A program made the position numbers and the translations under genes. Positions 48,971 through 57,345 of a stretch of 64,000 nt of DNA are shown here, one piece after another. The notes under the pieces are model-generated. The model searched no databases. It was not told the origin of the DNA and saw only the letters and a list, made by a program, of their open reading frames with translations. This DNA is from Myxococcota bacterium (lineage in GTDB: Bacteria; Myxococcota_A; UBA9160; UBA6930), in assembly GCA_965223415.1 (NCBI GenBank), contig OZ245002.1, positions 4,864,001-4,928,000 of the forward strand, in the 5' to 3' direction. Numbering within the stretch: the first letter of the stretch is position 1; each line of letters opens with the position of its first letter.

Positions 48971-49605
48971 ACCGAGAAAACCGGGCCCAGCCCCTTGCTG
49001 AAGATCACGGTATCTCAGGTTCGAAGCCTGATGCTCGATGTCGAGCCACCGGACAGCGCACTTCGAAGAACCGCGTGCATCCAGGCGTCAAGGGTCCGAG
49101 ATCAGGCGCTCCGCGCAACAACCAAGCACGACCAAAGTGCGGAACCAAGCACCGCCAGAACGCGAATTCCTCAGCGAATCCGGCGGCTTCTGGCGGGGCG
49201 GACGGGACTCGAACCTACAACCTCCGGCTGTAAGTCCGCGGAAACGCAGGGGTCCGAAGAGGTGAAGCTTGTATCCCGTTGTATCCCAACCGGGGCACGC
49301 CGGGCCAGGTAGGGCGATGGGGCGGCGGCGGGTAGCCGCCATCCCTCGGGTCCGCGAGCGAGCCCCCTTGCCAGCGCCTCGACGTGAGCTAAATCGGCAT
49401 TGGATCGCACGCAGACATCCCGGGGTCGAGGCCAAGGCGGCGTAGCCCCGGCATGGCTCTTGCGCGCGCCTTGTTGAGGATGTCGCCCGGGTCCGGGTGA
49501 GCTTCGCGTCCCCGCACTGCGGGGGCACGCATCTCCATCTCTTCAGGGCGCCACCGGTCCGCGATCGCGGCGCCCTGTCCCCTCGGCCGGGCGACGTGGG
49601 CCGGC

Positions 49606-50886
49606 TTGCGCGTCTTCTCCGTCTCGCTCTCGCTGCTCGTCGCCGTCGGGCTCTCGCTCGCAGGCAACGGCCTCCTCGGTACGCTGTCGGCACTTCGCCT
49701 CGCCGACGCAGCCCTGCCCGACGAACTGACCGGCCTCGTCCTCGCGGCGTACTTCGCAGGCCTCATGGCCGGCACGCTCGGGCTCGGGAGGACAGTGGCT
49801 CGGGTCGGTCACATCCGGTCCTTCGCGGCCTTCACGGCACTCGCCGTGTTCGCGGCGCTCGCCCAGGGCCTCACCTCGCCGGGCATGCTCTGGCTTCCGC
49901 TTCGGGCGATGACCGGACTGTGCATGGCCGGGACCTACCTGACCGTCGAGTCCTGGCTCCACGCGGAGGCCGGCCCGGAGAGCCGCGGCCGTGTGCTGGC
50001 CGCCTATCTCGTCGCACTCTACCTGGGTACCGGGGCCGGTCAGCTCCTGCTGCCGCTCGCGCCTACCGAGACCCTCGACGCGTTCGCGCTGGCTGCCCTG
50101 CTGACGAGCCTCGCAGTGGTCCCGGTCTGTCTGACGCGCGTTTCTGCACCTCGCCTCGAGCAAGCGGCGACCAGGGCGACCTCCGGGCTCGTGCGCGACG
50201 CGCCCCTCGGGCTCGGCGGGGCCCTCGTCTCGGGATTCGTCGCGGGCACCATCTACGCGAACGCACCGCTCCTTGGGCGCGCGACCGGCATGGAGTCGAC
50301 CGACGTTGCCGGCCTGATGGCCGCCTTCTTCGCGGGCGGCCTCGCCGGACAATGGCCGCTCGGCCGGCTTTCGGACCGCATGGATCGTCGGCTCGTTCTC
50401 TTGGGGGCGATGTTGGGTCTCGCTGGGCTCTGCGCCGCGTTCCTCTTAGTGGCCGCCACGCCTTCCACCATCTGGTGGGCGCTCGCCTTCGCGTTCGGCG
50501 CCCTGGCCTTTGCCCTCTACCCGCTGGCCGTGGCGCACACCATCGACCGGGTGGGTGCGAATCACTCGCTCCCGGCAACGAGTCAGCTCCTGCTGGCTTC
50601 GTCGATCGGCGCGTTCTCGGCACCGGTGCTCGTCGGCGCGGCGAGCCCCTGGCTCGGTGCTTCCGCGTTCCTCCAGCTCGACGCGCTGCTTCTGGTCGGC
50701 TTCAGCCTCGCGGCCTCGCTGCGGATCCTCCGTGTCGATCCGGTCCGCCAGGGTCCGTTCCAGCCCATGGCGAGGACGACACAAGCGGCGCACGAGCTCG
50801 ATCCGCGCCACAGCGGTGACGCTTCATCCCCCGGGCACCAAGCCTCGGTTCCCGCTCGACCCGCGACGGTCGGAGACACCCCATGA
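49606..50886 (+). CDS. MFS transporter (YcaD-like)
   Basis: GNGL, RVGHIR.F, VESWL, QWPLGRLSDR.DRR, LYP; about 12 TMs. Confidence 0.9.
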   Translation: MRVFSVSLSLLVAVGLSLAGNGLLGTLSALRLADAALPDELTGLVLAAYFAGLMAGTLGLGRTVARVGHIRSFAAFTALAVFAALAQGLTSPGMLWLPLRAMTGLCMAGTYLTVESWLHAEAGPESRGRVLAAYLVALYLGTGAGQLLLPLAPTETLDAFALAALLTSLAVVPVCLTRVSAPRLEQAATRATSGLVRDAPLGLGGALVSGFVAGTIYANAPLLGRATGMESTDVAGLMAAFFAGGLAGQWPLGRLSDRMDRRLVLLGAMLGLAGLCAAFLLVAATPSTIWWALAFAFGALAFALYPLAVAHTIDRVGANHSLPATSQLLLASSIGAFSAPVLVGAASPWLGASAFLQLDALLLVGFSLAASLRILRVDPVRQGPFQPMARTTQAAHELDPRHSGDASSPGHQASVPARPATVGDTP

Positions 50887-50944
50887 AGAACCGCCGGCCC
50901 GGCGACATCCCCCTCAGCCAGATTGCGAGCGCGAGGGCGGCAGC

Positions 50945-52132
50945 GTGAAGCTCGCCATCCTCTCGAGAGAACCGCGGAGCTACAGCACGCGCCGCCTGAA
51001 GGAAGCCGCGCGGGAGCGCGGCCATCGGGCCCGCGTACTCGATCCGACGCTGTTCTCGATCGAAGTCGCGAGCGGGAACCCACACCTCTACTACAGAGGG
51101 CGCGCGCTGGAGCGTTTCGACGCGGTGATCCCGCGTATCGGCGCCTCCATCACCTTCTTCGGAACGGCGGTCGTGCGTCAGTTCGAACAGATGGGCGTGT
51201 TCTGCGTGAACACGTCCACGGCCATCTCGACGTCGCGCGACAAGCTCCGGGCGCTCCAGATCCTGAGCCGGCACCACGTCGGCATCCCGAAGACGTCCTT
51301 CGTTCGCGAGAAGAACGCGATGCTCGAAACGGTGGAGCGGATGAAGGGCCCGCCGGTCATCGTGAAGTTGCTGGAAGGGAGTCAAGGTCTGGGTGTGATC
51401 CTCGCCGAGACGAAGAAGTCCGCGGAGGCGATCGTCGAAACGCTCCAGTTTGCGACGGGCAACAATGTCCTCATCCAGGAATTCGTGGCCGAGTCGCGCG
51501 GCCGCGACATCCGCGCCTTCGTTGTCGACGGCCGGGTCGTCGCGGCCATGCGGAGAACGGCGCAGGAGAGCGAGTTCCGGAGCAACGTCCATCGCGGCGG
51601 GCTGGCCGACGCGGTGGAGCTCGATCCTGTGTACGAGCGCACCGCCATCCACGCTGCCCAGATCCTCGGGCTCCGGGTCGCCGGCGTGGACATGCTCGAG
51701 GGCGCCGATGGCCCGATGCTGATGGAGGTGAACTCGTCGCCCGGCCTCGAGGGCATCGAAGGGGCGACTGGCGTCGACATCGCGGCGACCATTCTCGAGA
51801 TGATCGAAGATCAGGTGCTCTTCCCCGAGATCGACATCCGGCAGCGACTCACACTGCAGAGCGGGTACGGCGTGCTCGAGATCCCGATCGACCGCGGGTC
51901 CGAGCTGTGCGGGCGGACGATTCGCGAGTCCGGTCTGAAGGGTCGGGACGTCCTCGTCCTCCAGATCCAGCGTGGCAGCGTCACGATCCCCAACCCGAAG
52001 ACGAGCCGGGAGATCCTGGCTGGCGACGTGCTGCTCTGTTTCGGCAAGACGTTGACCCTCCGCACCCTGGCGCCGGCACCGCGACGTCGCAATCGGCGTC
52101 GCGGCTCGGCCGTGGGGGCCGCCGATGGCTGA
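50945..52132 (+). CDS. rimK: RimK-family ATP-grasp alpha-L-glutamate ligase with C-terminal RCK-C (TrkA-C) domain
   Basis: YSTRRL, IPRIGAS, SRDKLR, EFRSNVHRGG, EVNSSPGLEGIE; tail SEL.G.TI.E..L...V.VL.I.R..IPNP...I.AGD.L. Confidence 0.88.
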   Translation: MKLAILSREPRSYSTRRLKEAARERGHRARVLDPTLFSIEVASGNPHLYYRGRALERFDAVIPRIGASITFFGTAVVRQFEQMGVFCVNTSTAISTSRDKLRALQILSRHHVGIPKTSFVREKNAMLETVERMKGPPVIVKLLEGSQGLGVILAETKKSAEAIVETLQFATGNNVLIQEFVAESRGRDIRAFVVDGRVVAAMRRTAQESEFRSNVHRGGLADAVELDPVYERTAIHAAQILGLRVAGVDMLEGADGPMLMEVNSSPGLEGIEGATGVDIAATILEMIEDQVLFPEIDIRQRLTLQSGYGVLEIPIDRGSELCGRTIRESGLKGRDVLVLQIQRGSVTIPNPKTSREILAGDVLLCFGKTLTLRTLAPAPRRRNRRRGSAVGAADG

Positions 52133-53156
52133 ATGCGTCGAGATCGCGGGAGAGACGATTCGGCGCGGGGAACGTCGGCGAATCCAGATCCCGCTGGCGC
52201 TGCGGCCGACACAGGCCGAGGTCTCGATGTCCGCGGAGGTCATCTGCGGGGCCCGGGACGGGCCGCAGCTCTTCGTGTGCGCCGGCATTCATGGGGACGA
52301 GATCAACGGGGTCGAGATCATCCGGCGCGTGTTGCGCCGCTCGTTCCGGGGGCTTCGGGGGACGCTCCTGGCGGTTCCGATCGTGAACGTCCACGGATTC
52401 GTGGCCCACAGCCGAACCCTGCCCGACCGGAGGGATCTGAACCGCGCCTTCCCGGGCTCGCCCCGAGGATCGCTCGCGGCGCGGCTTGCGCACCAGTTCA
52501 TGGAGAACGTGGTCAAGGCTTCGACGCATGGCATCGATCTCCACACGGCGGCGATCCACCGGGAGAACCTCCCGCAGATCCGCGCCTGCCTCGACGACTC
52601 CGAGACCGAAGAGCTCGCGCGAGCGTTCGGTACGCCCGTTCTGCTCAACTCCGACCTGCGCGACGGGTCGCTCCGCGAGGCGGGACAGGAGCACGGGGTT
52701 CCGGTCCTCGTCTACGAGGGCGGCGAGGCGCTGCGATACAACGAGGCCGCCATCCGCGCCGGCGTGCGCGGGGTGCTTCGCGTGATGCGCCAGCTCAGGA
52801 TGCTCCCGGATGCGGGCGATCGGGGTCGTATCATCGAGCCGTTCGTCGCCCGCAGCAGTGCCTGGGTACGTGCGCCCGAAAGCGGGCTGCTGCGGGTCCG
52901 CGCCAAGCTCGGTGCTCGCGTCAAGAAGGGGTTCGTCCTCGGCGTCATCTCCGACCCGCTGGGCACGGAGGATACGACCGTCAGCGCGAGCCGCGCCGGA
53001 ATCGTGGTGGGCCGCACGCGTCTTCCCGTCGTGAACGAGGGCGATGCACTCTTCCATGTCGCGAGCTTTGACGCGGTGCAATCCGTGGCGCGGGAGGTCG
53101 AGTCCTTCCACGATGAGCTGTTTGATTCCGGCGTTTCGCCCCCCATGGCGGACTGA
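52125..53156 (+). CDS. Succinylglutamate desuccinylase/aspartoacylase (M14-like) family protein
   Basis: IHGDEING, DLNRAFPG, IDLHT, YEGGEALR. Confidence 0.92.
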   Translation: MAECVEIAGETIRRGERRRIQIPLALRPTQAEVSMSAEVICGARDGPQLFVCAGIHGDEINGVEIIRRVLRRSFRGLRGTLLAVPIVNVHGFVAHSRTLPDRRDLNRAFPGSPRGSLAARLAHQFMENVVKASTHGIDLHTAAIHRENLPQIRACLDDSETEELARAFGTPVLLNSDLRDGSLREAGQEHGVPVLVYEGGEALRYNEAAIRAGVRGVLRVMRQLRMLPDAGDRGRIIEPFVARSSAWVRAPESGLLRVRAKLGARVKKGFVLGVISDPLGTEDTTVSASRAGIVVGRTRLPVVNEGDALFHVASFDAVQSVAREVESFHDELFDSGVSPPMAD

Positions 53157-53170
53157 GAAGGAGCAGATCG

Positions 53171-54361
53171 ATGCGCGGTTGGATCCTCGACGGCAAGCCC
53201 GTCCCGGACCCCTCACTCGAAGGCTACGAAGTTCGTCGGTTCCTGGAGGTCGGCGAGAGAGTCGGCATCGATGTCGACCTGGTCACGCCCGAGCAGCTCG
53301 ATCTCGTGGTGACGAGCAGTGGCCGCCCGAGCATCGCGCGGAACGGCAGATCCGTTCCGCTCCCCGACTTCCTGCTTCCGCGCATGGGTGCTTACACGAC
53401 CTACTTCGGGCTTGCCGTGATCCGGCACCTGGAACGCCTGGGAGTGCTGACGGTCAACTCGGCCGAGAGCATCGACACCGTGAAGGACAAGCTCTTCACC
53501 CACCAGATCCTCGCTCAGAACGAGCTGCCGATCGCGCGAACGATGCTCGCCAAACATCCGCTCGACGTCGCCTTCGTGGAGAAAGAGATCGGATTCCCGG
53601 TCGTCGTGAAGACGATCACCGGATCCCAGGGGGCCGGTGTCTTCCTTTGCGAGGATCGTCACCACTTCGAGGATCTGATGGAGCTCGTTCTCGCCGCGCG
53701 CAGCAACGCGAACCTGATCCTCCAGGAGTACGTGGCCTCGAGTCGAGGGCGCGATCTCCGCGTGTTCACGGTCGGCGGCCGCGCCGTGGCCGCGATGGAA
53801 CGTTCTTCGCAGGACGGCTCGTTCAAGGCGAATGTCTCGAGGGGCGGACGGGCCACCGCCTACTCGTTGGACGCCGAGAGCGAGTGGCTGGCGCTCGAAG
53901 TCACGCGCTTGCTGGGTCTCGACGTGGCGGGGATCGATCTGCTCTTCGACGGCGACCACTACCTCGTCTGCGAGGCGAACTCGTCGCCCGGTTTCCGCGG
54001 TCTCGAGTCGTGCTGCGCCGTCAGCATCCCGCACGAGATCCTGCGCTTTGCTGCGCTCCGCCTCGGTCGCCACGACGTCGCCGACCGGCTCGAGGTGGAT
54101 CTCGCGGAGTCGTTCGGCGACCCGCCGGTCGGCGTTGCGAGCACATGGTCCAACGCGCACTGTGCGGTGAGCGCTAGCGGCACCAGCGACGCAGAGCGCG
54201 CGCTCGCCGAGGTGGGCGCGGTCAAGGGCCAGGGTGGCTGCATGGCGATCGATGGGCGGGGTCGCATCACGACGGTCCTGAACAGCCCGCAGATGGTGCG
54301 AGCATCGCTCGTCGAGGGCGAGCCCATGCGTCTCGGGATCTGGACGGATGACGATGCGTGA
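53171..54361 (+). CDS. Second RimK-like ATP-grasp ligase with C-terminal isoaspartyl-peptidase-like extension
   Basis: PRMG, KDKL, GSQGAGV, FKANVSRGG, CEANSSPGF; tail GDPPVG..TW...CAVSASG...GG..AID..G....NS..M.RA. Confidence 0.82.
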   Translation: MRGWILDGKPVPDPSLEGYEVRRFLEVGERVGIDVDLVTPEQLDLVVTSSGRPSIARNGRSVPLPDFLLPRMGAYTTYFGLAVIRHLERLGVLTVNSAESIDTVKDKLFTHQILAQNELPIARTMLAKHPLDVAFVEKEIGFPVVVKTITGSQGAGVFLCEDRHHFEDLMELVLAARSNANLILQEYVASSRGRDLRVFTVGGRAVAAMERSSQDGSFKANVSRGGRATAYSLDAESEWLALEVTRLLGLDVAGIDLLFDGDHYLVCEANSSPGFRGLESCCAVSIPHEILRFAALRLGRHDVADRLEVDLAESFGDPPVGVASTWSNAHCAVSASGTSDAERALAEVGAVKGQGGCMAIDGRGRITTVLNSPQMVRASLVEGEPMRLGIWTDDDA

Positions 54362-54420
54362 CCACGACCTGCCTGGGCTGCCGCCCGGACTCACCCGCCG
54401 AACCCGACTTGGAGGCCGCC

Positions 54421-54765
54421 GTGGAAATCGCAAGAACTGGTGAGATCGTCCACATCATCGAGCGGCGCCTGTTCGTCGGTGATGTCCGCCGCCACTTCGT
54501 CGGAGAGGTCGAGGCGTGCGCCGACCGTGCGCTTCGGGTTCGTGGTTATCTCTTCGTCTATGACTCCTCCGAGAGCGCGTTCACGAAGAAGCCCGAGCTC
54601 CGCACTCGAATCTTCCCGCTCGACAATCGGCTGATCCTGAGCCTTTTGCCGCAGGGGACACACCTGGAACAGGTCCGATACGACCACGACGACGAGGGCA
54701 ACCTGTCCCTGGTCGACGGAGCCGACCTCGAGCTCGACATCAGCGAGTTCAGCTCCCGGGAGTAA
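54421..54765 (+). CDS. Hypothetical protein (start approximate)
   Basis: GGAGG RBS before GTG; last gene of the cassette operon. Confidence 0.6.
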   Translation: MEIARTGEIVHIIERRLFVGDVRRHFVGEVEACADRALRVRGYLFVYDSSESAFTKKPELRTRIFPLDNRLILSLLPQGTHLEQVRYDHDDEGNLSLVDGADLELDISEFSSRE

Positions 54766-54843
54766 CGGCCGCTCCGGAACCCCTCAGGCCGCGCGGGGCG
54801 TCCGTTGCACGGAGGCCTTCACCCCGCGTGCATGGAAACGGGG

Positions 54844-55140
54844 CACCACCCCCAGGTTCGAAGCCTGGTGCTCAACCTCGCTCCGCGCGGACACGAGCGC
54901 GCGTGTCGGCGAAGCTGGAACCCGCTTGGTTCCCGGATGTATCCCGCGCGCGTCGCGGCTCGACAACCGCTGCTCGCGCGTGGACTTACGCGCGAAGCGT
55001 GCGGGTTCCGAGAAACCCGAAAAGCTGAATGAAATCAGCTTGATGGCGGGGCGGACGGGACTCGAACCTACAACCTCCGGCTGTAACCTCCCGGAAACAC
55101 AGGGGTCCGAAGAGATGAAGCTTGTATCCCGTTGTATCCC
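54844..55140. repeat. tRNA-derived spacer repeat B
   Basis: CCCAGGTTCGAAGCCTGGTGCTC; divergent middle; core 55044-55086; TTGTATCCCGTTGTATCCC tail. Confidence 0.9.
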
Positions 55141-55258
55141 GACTTCGCCGGATCGCCATCGGGATGCTTGGCCACCGGCCTTCCGCCAGGACCGAGCCCG
55201 TGCGGAGCCGTGTGGCGCGCGCCTTGCCGTCATGACTGAATCCAACTATCGTACGTAC

Positions 55259-55486
55259 ATGACGAAGAGGCTGACGCGCTCTGGAAACAGCCTGGCCCTC
55301 GTGATCGATCGGCCTCTCCTGGAAGCGCTGGAAATCGACGCGGACACGGAGCTGGAGCTCTCCACCGATGGAGACGTCCTAGTCGTGACCCCGCTGCGCG
55401 ACCCCAAGCGGAGGCGTCGGGTCGCCGAGCTCGTTGCCGAAGCCCACGAGCAGTACGGCGGCGTGTTCCGACGCCTCGCCGAGTGA
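55259..55486 (+). CDS. AbrB/MazE-fold antitoxin
   Basis: KRLTRSGNSLALVID; stop overlaps the toxin GTG. Confidence 0.88.
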   Translation: MTKRLTRSGNSLALVIDRPLLEALEIDADTELELSTDGDVLVVTPLRDPKRRRRVAELVAEAHEQYGGVFRRLAE

Positions 55487-55875
55487 CCGACCCGCTCTTC
55501 CTGACCCTCGACGAGGTTCTGGCGATCCACGCCGATCAGATCCGGCGCTACGGCGGGCGGACTGGGCTGCGAGACATCGGCTTGCTGCAATCGGCGTTGG
55601 GCATGCCCGAGGCCACCTTCGAGGGCGAGTTCCTTCACGGGACGGTCTTCGAAATGGCCGCCGCCTACCTGTTCCACATCGCCCGCAACCACCCGTTCGT
55701 GGACGGCAACAAGCGAACAGCACTCATGTGCGCACTGGTGTTCCTCGGACTGAGCGGTTGGCGACTCGAGGCGGAGTCGGAGGCGCTCTACGAGCTGGTC
55801 GACGGCGTTGCCGCGGGGTCGATCGACAAGGCCGGGGTCGCGGTCTTCCTGCGCCAGAACTCCGTCAGCCGCTAG
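55483..55875 (+). CDS. doc: Doc (Fic-family) toxin
   Basis: HPFVDGNKRTA; G.RD..LL.SA...P. Confidence 0.92.
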   Translation: MTDPLFLTLDEVLAIHADQIRRYGGRTGLRDIGLLQSALGMPEATFEGEFLHGTVFEMAAAYLFHIARNHPFVDGNKRTALMCALVFLGLSGWRLEAESEALYELVDGVAAGSIDKAGVAVFLRQNSVSR

Positions 55876-55917
55876 TCGGGCCCAGCGCACGGGTGATTCG
55901 CTTGCCCCAACGCAGGC

Positions 55918-56190
55918 GACTCGAACCCCCGACCCCCCGGTTCGAAGCCTGATGCTCAACCCCGTGCGGCGAGTCGCGTGGATGCAGGCGTCAGGAGTCC
56001 GAGATCAGGCGCTCGCCGCGACAACCAAACGCAACCAAAGGCCGGAACCAAGCACCGCCAGAATGCGAATTCCCCTGCGAATCCGGCTACTTCTGGCGGG
56101 GCGGACGGGACTCGAACCTACAACCTCCGGCTGTAACTCCGCGGAAACGCAGGGGTCCAGGGAGCTGAAGCTGGTATCCCGTTGTATCCC
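55918..56190. repeat. tRNA-derived spacer repeat C (intact, empty)
   Basis: TCGAACCCCCGACCCCCCGGTTCGAAGCCTGATGCTC; middle shared with A, D and E; core 56094-56136; GTATCCC pair. Confidence 0.92.
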
Positions 56191-56206
56191 GACCTCCGAT
56201 CGCGCT

Positions 56207-56235
56207 CCGACATCTGATAGCCAATTGGCTATTAT
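56207..56235 (+). promoter_or_regulatory. Promoter with palindromic operator for the HTH-NTase pair
   Basis: CCGACA-17-TATTAT; perfect palindrome ATAGCCAATTGGCTAT at 56217-56232; ATG 6 nt after the -10. Confidence 0.7.
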
Positions 56236-56241
56236 TCGAGC

Positions 56242-56568
56242 ATGTCGATCGCGAGCATCGTCCGCGAGGCCCGCCGCCGCGCGGGCCTCACCCAGGCCGC
56301 GTTGGCGGAGAAGGCGGGCGTTCCCAAGTCCACCGTCGGCCGGATCGAGTCTGGGGCGCGAACACCTTCGGTGGAGCTCGTGGAGCGACTCGTCGAGGCG
56401 GCTGGTCTGGAGGTCACGATTGCCCTGTCGGAACCCGATCCCGGCACCGACTCGATGTTCGAACGCACGCTGCGCCGCACCCCTGCAGAGCGGCTCGCCG
56501 ATGCGACGCGAGTCGCGCGCTTCGTCTTGCGCGGCAAGCGCCAGATCGCGGCCGCTTCCGATGGCTAG
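56242..56568 (+). CDS. XRE-family HTH protein (putative antitoxin/regulator)
   Basis: REARRRAGLTQAALAEKAGV..STVGRIESG..PS. Confidence 0.88.
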   Translation: MSIASIVREARRRAGLTQAALAEKAGVPKSTVGRIESGARTPSVELVERLVEAAGLEVTIALSEPDPGTDSMFERTLRRTPAERLADATRVARFVLRGKRQIAAASDG

Positions 56569-57076
56569 CGCCGACTTCGACCCGGAGAGAATGCTCTCCG
56601 CTCTGGCCGCGGAAGGCGTGCAGTTCGTGCTGATCGGTGGGATGGGGGCCATCCTGCACGGCGACGTCGGCGTCACCGTCGATCTGGACGTGGTCCCCGA
56701 CCGCGACGCCGCGAACCTCCAACGTCTCGCGCGAGCTCTCCGGACACTTGGAGCGCGCATCCGAACCGAGGGCGAGCCGGAGGGACTGGCCTTCGACTGC
56801 TCGGCACAGTTCTTCGCCAACCTGTCACCCGACTCGATCGTGAACATGACCACGGAGGCGGGCGATCTGGACGTCACGTTCTGCCCGAGCGGAACCCAAG
56901 GCTTCAAGGACCTTCGGCGCGATGCGATCGAGATCGAAGCGGCGAAGCGCCTCCACATCCTGGTCGCATCACTCGGAGACATCATCCGCTCGAAGGAAGC
57001 CGCCGGCCGCGACAAGGACCGCCTCGCCCTTCCCCGCCTTCGCAGGCTGCTGGACCGCCTCGGCGAGAGCGAGTAG
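56561..57076 (+). CDS. Nucleotidyltransferase-fold protein (putative toxin; AbiEii/DUF6036-like)
   Basis: VLIGG.G..HG..T.DLD, later D, SK..AGR.KD. Confidence 0.8.
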   Translation: MASADFDPERMLSALAAEGVQFVLIGGMGAILHGDVGVTVDLDVVPDRDAANLQRLARALRTLGARIRTEGEPEGLAFDCSAQFFANLSPDSIVNMTTEAGDLDVTFCPSGTQGFKDLRRDAIEIEAAKRLHILVASLGDIIRSKEAAGRDKDRLALPRLRRLLDRLGESE

Positions 57077-57120
57077 CCGCGACCTGGGACTCGAACCCCC
57101 AACCCTTGTATCTACTCCAC

Positions 57121-57296
57121 TCACCCGGATCTGGTTCAATAGGGTCAGAACGGGTTTCGGGGGAGGGTCGCCGTCCCGACCCAGAGGCATGGTCCTCGTA
57201 CCTGAGAGAGGCGCCCTCGCCCGATCTCGCAAGCTCGAACGGTATCCCGAGGCAGCGGTCTGCCGCTCGTCCTCGCATGCACAAGGAAGAGCACCG
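57121..57296 (+). ncRNA. Predicted IS110 bridge RNA, copy 2 (ends approximate)
   Basis: Same sequence as copy 1, offset 9551. Confidence 0.85.
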
Positions 57297-57345
57297 AGGT
57301 CGGCACCGAGGCTCCCGACGCTCCCGTTCGAGGAGGAAGAAGGGG

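Larger units (their letters stand above)
47554..49015 (+). mobile_element. IS110-family element (IS621-like), copy 1
   Basis: CT core at both ends (47554-55, 49014-15); 241-bp left non-coding end; 45-bp right end; duplicated at +9551. Confidence 0.95.
47531..49287. repeat. tRNA-derived spacer repeat A (interrupted by IS110 copy 1)
   Basis: Arg(UCG)-like part at 47531-47553 and 49016 onward; conserved middle; Val/Asp-like core 49191-49233; TTGTATCCC pair 49269-49287. Confidence 0.9.
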
